Assembly: GCA_041308845.1 (NCBI GenBank) | Contig: JBFZAT010000044.1 | Location: 1 to 55,176 of the forward strand | Direction of reading: 5' to 3' | DNA from: Candidatus Omnitrophota bacterium | GTDB lineage: Bacteria > Omnitrophota > Gorgyraeia > Gygaellales > Profunditerraquicolaceae | Length of the DNA: 55,176 nucleotides | Part shown: in pieces, positions 17,652-26,224 of the stretch | Position numbering within the stretch: position 1 is the stretch's first letter | Layout of the letters: each line of letters begins with the position of its first letter | The notes under the pieces: model-generated | Told to the model about the DNA's origin: nothing | The model's database searches: none | The model's input: only the letters and a program-made list of their open reading frames with translations | Made by a program: the position numbers and the translations under genes

Positions 17652-18698
17652 ATGAAGACTATAAAAAAAAATGGTCATTTGGTTAGGGCTAAGATAATTT
17701 GTACGCTGGGGCCGGCGTCTTCCAATGAAACGGTGATCAGGAAGATGATGCTTGGCGGCATGGATGTTGGACGTCTGAACTTTTCTCATGGTAAACCCCA
17801 GGAATTAGTTCGCAGGATAGAGTTGATTCGGCTTTTAAATTTAAAATATCGACGGCGCTTAAAAATTCTGGGAGACCTGCAGGGGCATCGTATCAGGGTC
17901 GGGGAGCTTAGTCTGCCGCTTGAACTCAAACAACGCAGGACTTTATGGCTTACTCAACAAAGATTAAAGGGTACTTCAGAAAAAATTTCTTTTGATTATC
18001 AGGGGTCGCTGCGGGGAATAAAGAATGGACAACATATATTTATTGACGATGGCAATCTTTGCCTGGAAGTAATCGGTCGGAGTAAAAATAGTTTAAAGGT
18101 AAAGGTAATCATCGGCGGTTTATTGAAGTCATACAAGGGAATTAATAGTCCCCAGACCAAGCTTGATTTCGGGGGGATTAGTCAGAAAGATGTAAAGGAT
18201 ATACTTTTTTGCGCAGCTAATGGTATTGAGTATATTGCGCAGTCATTTGTACGCAGTAAGAAAGACATTTTAGATGTAAAAAAAGTGTTGGGACAAAATT
18301 CACCCTGCCAGATTATTGCTAAAATTGAATGCCGGGAAGGTATTAAAAATATTGATGATATAATTAAGTTAGCCGACGGTATTATGATTGCTCGAGGGGA
18401 TATGGGCGTATCTTTGCCCGTGTACGAAATCCCGATTATTCAGAAAATGATTATAAAAAAATGCAACCGGGCTGGAAAATTCGTTATTACCGCAACCCAA
18501 ATGCTCGAGAGTATGACCGAAAACCTACGGCCTACCCGGGCCGAAGTAACTGATGTGGCTAATGCCATAATTGACGGTACTGATTTTGTTATGCTTTCGG
18601 CTGAGTCTGCAGTGGGTAGATACCCGGTAGAAGCAGTGTCCATGATGAACAGTATAATTAAATATACAGAACGGCATTATTGCAAGGTTAAATATTAA
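17652..18698 (+). CDS. pyk: Pyruvate kinase lacking the C-terminal domain
   Basis: [48 protein letters not shown]; only 348 aa. Confidence 0.92.
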   Translation: MKTIKKNGHLVRAKIICTLGPASSNETVIRKMMLGGMDVGRLNFSHGKPQELVRRIELIRLLNLKYRRRLKILGDLQGHRIRVGELSLPLELKQRRTLWLTQQRLKGTSEKISFDYQGSLRGIKNGQHIFIDDGNLCLEVIGRSKNSLKVKVIIGGLLKSYKGINSPQTKLDFGGISQKDVKDILFCAANGIEYIAQSFVRSKKDILDVKKVLGQNSPCQIIAKIECREGIKNIDDIIKLADGIMIARGDMGVSLPVYEIPIIQKMIIKKCNRAGKFVITATQMLESMTENLRPTRAEVTDVANAIIDGTDFVMLSAESAVGRYPVEAVSMMNSIIKYTERHYCKVKY

Positions 18699-18829
18699 AT
18701 TTTGAGGCCATTTGTATCTTTTTACTTTCGAAATCTATGGATTAGAATTTGTCTGGTAGGTTGGTTAATTTATGTTACTATGGAGACTGTAAAATGAGTA
18801 GATTAAAATTATCTAAACCGGAGTTTACG

Positions 18830-19420
18830 ATGAATAAGTTAAGAAAATATTTTATCACCGGTTTGGTGGTAGTGGTACCGGTGCTGTTGACGATTTTCGT
18901 TCTGGCCGCTTTATTCCGCTTTACTGACAATATCCTAGGTCGATTTCTGAATGTTTACCTAGAAAATACCTTAGGATTTTATATCCCCGGCTTGGGTATT
19001 CTTTTGTTTATTTTAGTTATACTCTTAGCTGGATTATTGGCGAACCGTTACATTGGTAAAAGAATTTTTCCTTTAATCGATAAATGGTTCTCTGATTTGC
19101 CTTTAATCAGGAATATTTATCCTGCTTTTAAACAGGTTATTTCATTTGTTCTGATACAAAAAGAATTTGGGTTTAAAAAAGTGGTCCTGGTAGAATATCC
19201 CTCCGCTGGCATATGGTCATTAGGTTTCTTGACTAATGAGGAATTGCAGAAAATTAACCAAGTTACCAATAAGCCGATGGTTTCAGTTTTTGTACCGACT
19301 TCGCCTGGTCCGTTTACCGGAATGGTTATTTTCGTCGCACAAGAAAATTTGAAGTTTCCTGATATCTCAATTGCTGACGCTTTTAGAATTATCATTTCTG
19401 GTGGAGTTTTCAGGCCTTAA
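18830..19420 (+). CDS. DUF502 family membrane protein
   Basis: RKYFITGLVVVVP, VVLVEYP, VFVPTSP; start placed at ATG 18830 after GGAG. Confidence 0.88.
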   Translation: MNKLRKYFITGLVVVVPVLLTIFVLAALFRFTDNILGRFLNVYLENTLGFYIPGLGILLFILVILLAGLLANRYIGKRIFPLIDKWFSDLPLIRNIYPAFKQVISFVLIQKEFGFKKVVLVEYPSAGIWSLGFLTNEELQKINQVTNKPMVSVFVPTSPGPFTGMVIFVAQENLKFPDISIADAFRIIISGGVFRP

Positions 19421-19423
19421 AAT

Positions 19424-19789
19424 ATGAAGAACGATTCCGATGCTTCGTTGATCTATTCTACTGACCGGGGGGCGATTTGCCCGGATTGTTCTCAGGCAGT
19501 TAGTGAGTGTATTTGCCGTCAAATCAAAAGAAATGTTTTGCCTGAATCCGGAGGTAAAATAATCATACGCCATGAGACTGCCGGCAGAAGGAATAAAGGT
19601 ATGACCATAATTTCCGGTTTGCCTTTAAGTCAGGAAGATTTAGAGAGATTAGCTAAAAAATTAAAGAGTACCTTGGGTACCGGCGGCGCAGTAAAGGATT
19701 ATACTATTGAATTGCAAGGGCAGCAGTGTGAAAAAGTCGCGGTGGCATTACGCAGGTTAGGGTACATGATAACTGCGATTAAAATTTAA
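19424..19789 (+). CDS. yciH: SUI1/YciH translation initiation factor family
   Basis: LIYSTDRG, CPDC...CIC, GRRNKGMTIISG, LKSTLGTGGAVKD, IELQG. Confidence 0.88.
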   Translation: MKNDSDASLIYSTDRGAICPDCSQAVSECICRQIKRNVLPESGGKIIIRHETAGRRNKGMTIISGLPLSQEDLERLAKKLKSTLGTGGAVKDYTIELQGQQCEKVAVALRRLGYMITAIKI

Positions 19790-19794
19790 TAAGT

Positions 19795-19842
19795 ATTTGT
19801 TTTATAACTAACTGAATCTAATCAATTTGCGTACAACGTCTT
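19795..19842 (-). repeat. Bipartite dif-like motif, copy 8 (reverse)
   Basis: Reverse complement AAGACGTTGTACGCAAA-N18-TTATAAAACAAAT. Confidence 0.8.
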
Positions 19843-19916
19843 ATAAGGAAGAAATTTATTGCAATTGGGATTTTTTATGTTAGAGTAACAATGAATAAAT
19901 TAAAGTGATTTTAAGT

Positions 19917-19997
19917 GGTCTGGAGATGCGCAAGTATTTCTGGAGGATTTTGATGGTCGGGCCGCCATCTTGCATATAAATGCAGGGTGGTTTTTTT
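19917..19997 (+). ncRNA. Monovalent-cation riboswitch-like RNA with overlapping terminator, copy 2
   Basis: GGTCTGGAGATGC-GCAA-GTATTTCTGGA hairpin, GATGGTCGGGCCGCC core, GCCATCTTGCAT/ATGCAGGGTGGT terminator + T tract. Confidence 0.7.
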
Positions 19998-20032
19998 ATA
20001 CGTACTTATAATATATAGCAGGCTTAAATAAA

Positions 20033-20377
20033 ATGAAATTTATATTGACTTCATTGCTTGGGATATTAGTTATAATCCTAGGATTAAGCGTTTATAATTT
20101 GCAAAAAGAATTTTCTAACGCCAGAGAAAGTGCTATATTCTATAGCCAAAGAAGTGATGATCTGCAGAGTGAATTAATGCGGTTGTCTAAGGAATGCGCT
20201 CAAAAAGAAGAGTTTTTAGTGGAAATCGAAGAATCTATTACAAAGCTTGAAAATAAAATCCAACTAGAAAACTTAGAGCGTTCTATCCCTAAAAAAACCT
20301 GGGATGAAATTAAGCCGATTATTGACCGGTTAAGGGTGTTTCAGGAATCAAGGCAAGATAGTAAACTATCAAATTGA
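20033..20377 (+). CDS. Membrane-anchored coiled-coil hypothetical protein
   Basis: N-terminal TM then heptad-rich helix. Confidence 0.7.
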   Translation: MKFILTSLLGILVIILGLSVYNLQKEFSNARESAIFYSQRSDDLQSELMRLSKECAQKEEFLVEIEESITKLENKIQLENLERSIPKKTWDEIKPIIDRLRVFQESRQDSKLSN

Positions 20378-20387
20378 GGGAGGAATA

Positions 20388-20603
20388 ATGATGATAAAAA
20401 GGATAGTTATTATTAGTTTTACCTTGGTCAATGTGATGCTCTGGTTTTTGAGCGGTTGCACCTTTATGATTAAAGGCGAACATCAGTCAAAATATTATGG
20501 AGTAAATGAACAGCGCGATAATGAATTTTTGGATCAGATCCTGCAAAGGCAGGAAGAGATATATCAAGCCAGGAAAATTTCGCTAGGCAATAAAAATCCA
20601 TGA
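20388..20603 (+). CDS. Small lipoprotein
   Basis: GGAGG RBS; FLSGC lipobox. Confidence 0.7.
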   Translation: MMIKRIVIISFTLVNVMLWFLSGCTFMIKGEHQSKYYGVNEQRDNEFLDQILQRQEEIYQARKISLGNKNP

Positions 20604-21259
20604 GACTAATTGCGGCCAAATTAAAATCAGTTTTACTGCTGGCGTTTATTTTGACTGCTATTTTTTACCTAGCTAAAAATCAGTTAGAGCATTATCTGTT
20701 GAATAAAATTATTGCGCGGTTAAGCGCGGATTCCCGGGTGGCTGAGGTGGTAGTTACTCAGGTTAAGCCCGATGTCAAAACAAAAAAGATTTATACAACG
20801 ATTAAGTTTTTAGAATACGATGTTCAGCTTAACCCTCTGGAACCAAAATATTTCACTTTTTCCGGGAATGTCATTCAGTTTCAGTCCATGGTAGTAAGAT
20901 TCGATGATTTTTACGTCAAAAAAGGGCATCCTTTAAAAGGTAAAAGCGCCTATTTATTTATGAAAGTTTTTAGGTTGACTGAGCAGGGGGTAGAATCTTT
21001 TGATATTGTTAAAGTAAGTGAAATTCCTTCCGGTTATGATTTGCCTAGTGTCCGGAATAATTTTGAAAAGAAAATCTGGCAGAAGTTCTGGGAATACGCG
21101 CTTAATCCCGCGAAAGCAGCCAAATTGGGAATTAAGAACGTTCAGATTGAAGCCCCGGGAACCAAGTTTATTCCCGGAATTATTTATACGATAAAAATTG
21201 AGCATGATGGGGGTTTACGCATCGATACCCAGCCGATCGCTCCGATTTTAAAAAATTGA
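20600..21259 (+). CDS. Membrane-anchored hypothetical protein
   Basis: N-terminal TM, beta-rich body, overlaps neighbours by 4 bp. Confidence 0.75.
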   Translation: MRLIAAKLKSVLLLAFILTAIFYLAKNQLEHYLLNKIIARLSADSRVAEVVVTQVKPDVKTKKIYTTIKFLEYDVQLNPLEPKYFTFSGNVIQFQSMVVRFDDFYVKKGHPLKGKSAYLFMKVFRLTEQGVESFDIVKVSEIPSGYDLPSVRNNFEKKIWQKFWEYALNPAKAAKLGIKNVQIEAPGTKFIPGIIYTIKIEHDGGLRIDTQPIAPILKN

Positions 21260-21819
21260 AAAAAAATAGTTTCTACTTTCGAGTCGTTCTTTTATTTTTT
21301 ACGGTTTTGATTTCCGGATGCCTAAGGATATCTATGGGGCCTGGCAGTGATAATTTTCCTGGGCTGGAGACTGTGCAAAAAACAGTTGGGCCAAAATGCA
21401 GCACTTCTGATTGGCGTTATATTACTTTGCATCATAGTGCAACCCTGGAAGGCAACGCGGAATGTTTTGACCGGAATCATCTGGCCCGCAATTTGGGCGG
21501 TCTTTTTTATCATTTTGTAATTGGTAACGGCACGCTTTCTGGAAATGGAGAAATCGAAACCGGGTGGCGTTGGCAAAAACAGGAAGCGGCTAACCGTCTG
21601 GCGGACATTCAAATTTGTTTGGTGGGTAATTTCAGCCAGGAAACAGTAGGCCCTGAACAACTGGAGGCTTTGATAAAGTTAATCAAGGTTTTGCGTCAAC
21701 AGTATAATGTGCCGCTAGGGAATATAAGACGGCATAAAGATATCGCCGGCCGGGCCACTGAATGCCCAGGTACTAATTTTCCGTTTGAGCAGTTGTTAGC
21801 CGCATTAAATAAGGTTTAA
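21256..21819 (+). CDS. N-acetylmuramoyl-L-alanine amidase (Amidase_2/PGRP-like) lipoprotein
   Basis: LISGC lipobox; ITLHHS, YHFVIGNG, ICLVGNF, RRHKDI, TECPG. Confidence 0.88.
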   Translation: MKKNSFYFRVVLLFFTVLISGCLRISMGPGSDNFPGLETVQKTVGPKCSTSDWRYITLHHSATLEGNAECFDRNHLARNLGGLFYHFVIGNGTLSGNGEIETGWRWQKQEAANRLADIQICLVGNFSQETVGPEQLEALIKLIKVLRQQYNVPLGNIRRHKDIAGRATECPGTNFPFEQLLAALNKV

Positions 21820-21875
21820 TCAGGTTTTGATAATCTGCGCAGAGTTATAGTCCGAGCGCTGAAGCGAGGTGACGA

Positions 21876-22406
21876 ATTAAAAAGATTATTCTTTTTTTAA
21901 TCATCGCTCTTTTTTTAGTTCCTTTTTTTTCGCATTCTTTTAAGTATTTTAAACAAGCGTTTGATCAGAGGAAAAAACAAATCGAACAGAAAAAAACTCC
22001 GGAGATAAAAGATTTTTCCGGAACAGAGACGGCTGAAGGGTCTTTAGGGGGTGCAGAGGAAGATCCCGTCTTTACCGAAAGCATGGAGGCTCCGTTTTGG
22101 CCGGATAATGAAAAAACTCCGCCAGCATTTATTCAGCCTGAAGTAAAAATTACGCAACAGCCAGAAAATAAAAAACCGGATCTTCAGGATAAAGTGGCGA
22201 GTTATCCTTTTAAATCTAAAACTCAGATGAGAAAAATTCAGACGGCTTTGAAAAATGCCGGTTTTTATAAAGGAAAGATTGATGGTAAAACCGGACCGCA
22301 AACAAAAAGCGCGATAAAGGCGTTCCAGAAATCAAAAAAATTAAAACCGGATGGATTAGTCGGTAAAAAAACCTGGGTAGAATTGAGCAAATATTTAAAA
22401 AATTAA
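21876..22406 (+). CDS. Peptidoglycan-binding domain protein, probable ATT start (176 aa)
   Basis: Frame open from ATT 21876 (GAGGTGA RBS just upstream) through a TM leader into ORF 22083; IQTALKNAGFYKGKIDGKTG PG-binding domain. Confidence 0.75.
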   Translation: MKKIILFLIIALFLVPFFSHSFKYFKQAFDQRKKQIEQKKTPEIKDFSGTETAEGSLGGAEEDPVFTESMEAPFWPDNEKTPPAFIQPEVKITQQPENKKPDLQDKVASYPFKSKTQMRKIQTALKNAGFYKGKIDGKTGPQTKSAIKAFQKSKKLKPDGLVGKKTWVELSKYLKN

Positions 22407-22419
22407 AAAGGAGGTAATA

Positions 22420-22806
22420 ATGTTCTTAAAATCATTAACTTTAATATCGGTGCTGATGTTGCTTGTTGGTTGCGCTAGCAGCCCGAAGAAAACGGAAGTA
22501 CAATTACAGCCGTCTACTAGCTACCAGCAGGTAATCTCTGCCCAGGGGTATGAAGAGAGCTGGCCGGCAGTAGACTATGAGAAACCGGTTAAAAAAGCTT
22601 ATTCCGGAGTAGCTGTGCATTTGAGCCTCAAGCAGATTCAGCGGGCATTAAAAAACGCTGGATTTTATCAGGGGGTAATTGATGGTAGAATCGGAGCCAG
22701 GACCAAAGAAGCTATTGTCAAGTTCCAGAAAGCCAATGGCCTTAAGCCTGACGGTATTGTAGGCAAAAGGACTACTGCAGCTTTAAATAAATACCTTACA
22801 CTTTAA
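22420..22806 (+). CDS. Peptidoglycan-binding lipoprotein
   Basis: LLVGC lipobox; IQRALKNAGFYQGVIDGRIG...LKPDGIVG. Confidence 0.88.
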   Translation: MFLKSLTLISVLMLLVGCASSPKKTEVQLQPSTSYQQVISAQGYEESWPAVDYEKPVKKAYSGVAVHLSLKQIQRALKNAGFYQGVIDGRIGARTKEAIVKFQKANGLKPDGIVGKRTTAALNKYLTL

Positions 22807-22809
22807 AGG

Positions 22810-23736
22810 ATGAAAATTAATAAAAGTTTATTTTTAGTCGTCTGTGTTTTGTTTCTGTGTGCCGGGATATATTCTGAGCGGCGATATTTTACGCATCTGC
22901 AAAAGGCTAAACAGGAGCGCCGGCTAGGTGAGGCCAGAAGAACTGCCTGGCGAGGGTTGCAAGAAAGCATCAAAAGTCAGATCAGCCAGTTTAACGGGCA
23001 GGTGGGAATATTGGTTAAGGATTTAGAAACCGGCTGGGAACTTTCTTATGAGAAGAACAGGTTATTCCCTTCAGCCAGCCTGGCTAAGGTTCCATTGATG
23101 GCAGCAGCGTTTCTGGCCGCAGAGCAAGGCCGGATAAAACTAGGGAATAATCTTAAATTAAAGCCAGCGGATAAACTTGCTGGTTCAGGGATATTAAAAA
23201 ATATGCCCGTGGATTCTACTTTTAGCCTGGAACGGTTGATCGGTTTAATGATTTATGAAAGCGATAATACCGCCACGAATATGATTACCAATCTAGTTGG
23301 CGTTGATTATCTTAATCATACTTTTAAGGCTTTCGGGTTGAAGAATACCGAGCTTTCGCGTAAGATAGCCGACTATCGCTTGCGCAATAAGGGGATTGAA
23401 AATTATACTACCGCTGAAGACATGGCTTTACTGTTGGAAAAGATCTACCGGCGTACACTGGGGAATAAAGTTGTTTCAGATCGTTGCATCAACACTTTAA
23501 AATTAACCCGTTTAAATGACCGCCTGCCGAAATATTTACCGGCAGAGTTAACAGTAGCGCATAAAACCGGTCTTGAACGGGATGTTTGTCATGATGCCGG
23601 GATAGTGTTTAGCCGCAATGGCGATTTTATCATTGTAGTTCTTACTGGGAATGTTAATTCTAGCGGCCTAAGTTCTAAAGAATTTATCGCCCGGATTGCT
23701 TGGTTGGTGAATAACTATTTTGAGCAGTTACGATAA
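22810..23736 (+). CDS. Serine hydrolase, class A beta-lactamase-like fold (Beta-lactamase2/PBP)
   Basis: SASLAK (SxxK), ESDN (SDN), HKTG; N-terminal anchor. Confidence 0.85.
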   Translation: MKINKSLFLVVCVLFLCAGIYSERRYFTHLQKAKQERRLGEARRTAWRGLQESIKSQISQFNGQVGILVKDLETGWELSYEKNRLFPSASLAKVPLMAAAFLAAEQGRIKLGNNLKLKPADKLAGSGILKNMPVDSTFSLERLIGLMIYESDNTATNMITNLVGVDYLNHTFKAFGLKNTELSRKIADYRLRNKGIENYTTAEDMALLLEKIYRRTLGNKVVSDRCINTLKLTRLNDRLPKYLPAELTVAHKTGLERDVCHDAGIVFSRNGDFIIVVLTGNVNSSGLSSKEFIARIAWLVNNYFEQLR

Positions 23737-23808
23737 AATAGTTGCTTAGTGCTGGAAGTTGCCTATAATAAGAAGTAAAATTAATATTTATCAGAGAAAG
23801 GGGGGGAT

Positions 23809-24153
23809 ATGAGAAGGAATGTTTTATTAGCATTGGCATTAGTTGTTGTTTTTTCTTCAAGATTGGTTTTAGCCGCAGATAAAGGATTAGCTTTAGGGGG
23901 ATTGGAAAAAGACGCCAAAAAAGCGAAGATTGAGACAAAAAAATCTACCCAGCAGGCTGAACAGGATCTGGAGAAAGCTAAAAAACAGGCTGAGCTTGAA
24001 GCTAAGAAAAAGCAGAAAGAGGCTGAGCTGAAGCAAAAGAAAGCCCAGCAGGAAGCAGACAAGAAAAAGAAGGAATTGGAGAAAAAAAAGAAGCAAGCTG
24101 AAAAGGAAGCCCAAGCCAGGAAGAAATCGTTGCAGAAAGAATGGGGAAAATAA
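23809..24153 (+). CDS. Secreted Lys/Glu/Gln/Ala-rich helical protein
   Basis: Signal peptide then repeated KKQAExEAxKK-type units. Confidence 0.75.
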   Translation: MRRNVLLALALVVVFSSRLVLAADKGLALGGLEKDAKKAKIETKKSTQQAEQDLEKAKKQAELEAKKKQKEAELKQKKAQQEADKKKKELEKKKKQAEKEAQARKKSLQKEWGK

Positions 24154-24183
24154 AATTAATTGATTCTTGAAGTTTGTTTGCCT

Positions 24184-24214
24184 AAAAGGGCTGGATATTA
24201 ATCCAGCCCTTTTT
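24184..24214 (+). terminator. Intrinsic terminator (possibly bidirectional)
   Basis: AAAAGGGCTGGAT / ATCCAGCCCTTTTT. Confidence 0.85.
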
Positions 24215-24312
24215 CGTAGGTCATAATAGCGACATAATATTTTGAACCATAATAATCTTGAACCTAAAGGCGATTAAGCCTATAATTAATTTGTCGGGCT
24301 AAAAAAATTCTA

Positions 24313-26058
24313 GTGATGATGGATATCTTGCTTATTACTCCACCTATATTTGCATCAGATACCTTCTTAATGGCCAATCCTTTATTGTTGGGGGTATTGC
24401 AAAAGAATGGACTGTCGGCCAGGCATCTGGATTTGAATTTTGATTTTAGGCAATTTGTCGGCAGCTGCTTAAAAATCAGTAAACCTGCTAATTTTAAAAA
24501 ACATCCGGGCCCAGTTTATTCCAAGCAGCTGGGATTAAGGATTCTGAATGATTATCTGCGCAGCCTTCCTAAAGCTAGTTATTATGGAATTAGCCAAACT
24601 AATCCGGAAAATTCTCTCTTTCAGCAAGCCGAACAATTCCATCCGGAAGTTGCCACCTACCATTCTTTATTATGCAATAATTTCCCTAAATTTATCGAGT
24701 TATTAAATGATCGAATCCATAACCCGTTCTATTTCTTCTACCGAAGGATCAAGATCATTGCGGCCATCCGAGTGTATCGTACTTACGCCGTTGGAATATC
24801 CCTGACTTCGCCTTCTCAATTCTTAAGCGCATTAACGCTGGCTGTACTTTTACGGAGATATTTGCCGCACTGCCATATTATATTCGGCGGTTCATATATT
24901 ACTGGTTACCGGGATGAATTTGCTTATCAGCGTACAATATCTAAACTTTGGGATAACTTAGTTATGGGCGAAGGAGAAACGCCGCTGGTTGCTTTATTAA
25001 AGTGTTTAAAAAAAACTAAGAGCGCGGATTTTAGCGGTATTCCTAATTTAATCTATAAACAAAAAGGTAGCTTTGAGCCTAAATTTTCAAATGCTGTTAC
25101 TTGGGAAAATATAGATAAACTTCCTACACCGGTCTACCCGGCGTATTCGCAAGGGAATCCGCCTGCCCTTCTTTATATTCAGGCTTCCAGGTCTTGTTAT
25201 TGGGGTAAATGTCGTTATTGTGTCCACCTGAATAATGCTTATCCGAAATATAGAATCAGAAATCCCAGATTGGTTGTTGAAGATATCGCTAGTTTGCAAA
25301 AACGACATCAGCTAAACAGTTTTTATTTTACTGATACTACTGTTTCTCCTGCAATGATTAAGCAATTGTCCGATGGGATAATCTCCAGGGGGTTGAAGGT
25401 AAGATTGGGCTGTTTTTGCAGATTAGAAAGAGGTTTTTCTTCTCGGTTGTTAACCCAGGCTTTTAGAGCCGGCTTTAATTCAATAAATTTCGGGTTGGAA
25501 ACTGTTAACCCGCGTTTAGCCAGCCTAATCTGCAAAGGTTATAATAATATTGAAGAAATTGATAGAATTATTCATGATGCTCATCGGGCGGGAATTATTC
25601 CGCTCGTCCATGCGATATTCGGATTACCGACTGAAAGAGAGCATGAAACTATGCAAACCTATAATTTTCTCAAAGAACGTATAAATATTTGTCAGCCGAT
25701 TATTGAGATCTTCAGGCTAGAGAAAAACACTGTTTTTTTTAACGAGCATAAAAAATTCGGGATAGAGATTATTAGAAGTAATGATCTGGAGCTATTTAAT
25801 AATTCTTTTCGTTACCGTTTTAGCGACCCGCGGGCGATTGGCTTTAGAAAAGCGCTTCAAATAAGGTCTCGATTCTATCGAGAAATCGCTGCCGGCGCAG
25901 GGGCTAAAGGTCAGCGATTGGCTCAGCAGGCTGCCGAATTAATAAAAACCGGAGCGGTTTTAAGTAAAGTTAACTTTAGTTTCGGTAGCAATAAGGCCAG
26001 GGTGAGCAGGTATATTCTTAGTAGTATTAAAGGGGATTTTATTATTCTTTCAGCATAA
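24313..26058 (+). CDS. B12-binding radical SAM protein
   Basis: CYWGKCRYC (CxxxCxxC); N-terminal ILLITPP, VGIS, IFGG cobalamin-binding-like domain. Confidence 0.85.
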   Translation: MMMDILLITPPIFASDTFLMANPLLLGVLQKNGLSARHLDLNFDFRQFVGSCLKISKPANFKKHPGPVYSKQLGLRILNDYLRSLPKASYYGISQTNPENSLFQQAEQFHPEVATYHSLLCNNFPKFIELLNDRIHNPFYFFYRRIKIIAAIRVYRTYAVGISLTSPSQFLSALTLAVLLRRYLPHCHIIFGGSYITGYRDEFAYQRTISKLWDNLVMGEGETPLVALLKCLKKTKSADFSGIPNLIYKQKGSFEPKFSNAVTWENIDKLPTPVYPAYSQGNPPALLYIQASRSCYWGKCRYCVHLNNAYPKYRIRNPRLVVEDIASLQKRHQLNSFYFTDTTVSPAMIKQLSDGIISRGLKVRLGCFCRLERGFSSRLLTQAFRAGFNSINFGLETVNPRLASLICKGYNNIEEIDRIIHDAHRAGIIPLVHAIFGLPTEREHETMQTYNFLKERINICQPIIEIFRLEKNTVFFNEHKKFGIEIIRSNDLELFNNSFRYRFSDPRAIGFRKALQIRSRFYREIAAGAGAKGQRLAQQAAELIKTGAVLSKVNFSFGSNKARVSRYILSSIKGDFIILSA

Positions 26059-26224
26059 TTTATGGGTTTGAGGGTTGAGCGGGCAATAATCTATCTCGAT
26101 AAATATTGTATCTGCATTTAATTGTGCTAAAATAATAGCCTCAAGCGTTTTTTACCTCTAAGACCATCTTGATGGGTATGCTGTAAAGTAATATTTCCAG
26201 AGATTCACTAAAGGTGTTGATAAA

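Noticed and set aside
7961-19842. CRISPR interpretation of the repeated motif
   Set aside because: Copies are kilobases apart, in both orientations, degenerate, and there are no cas genes.
22810-23736. Antibiotic-resistance beta-lactamase call
   Set aside because: Lacks the class A omega-loop ExxLN motif and sits in a cell-wall operon.
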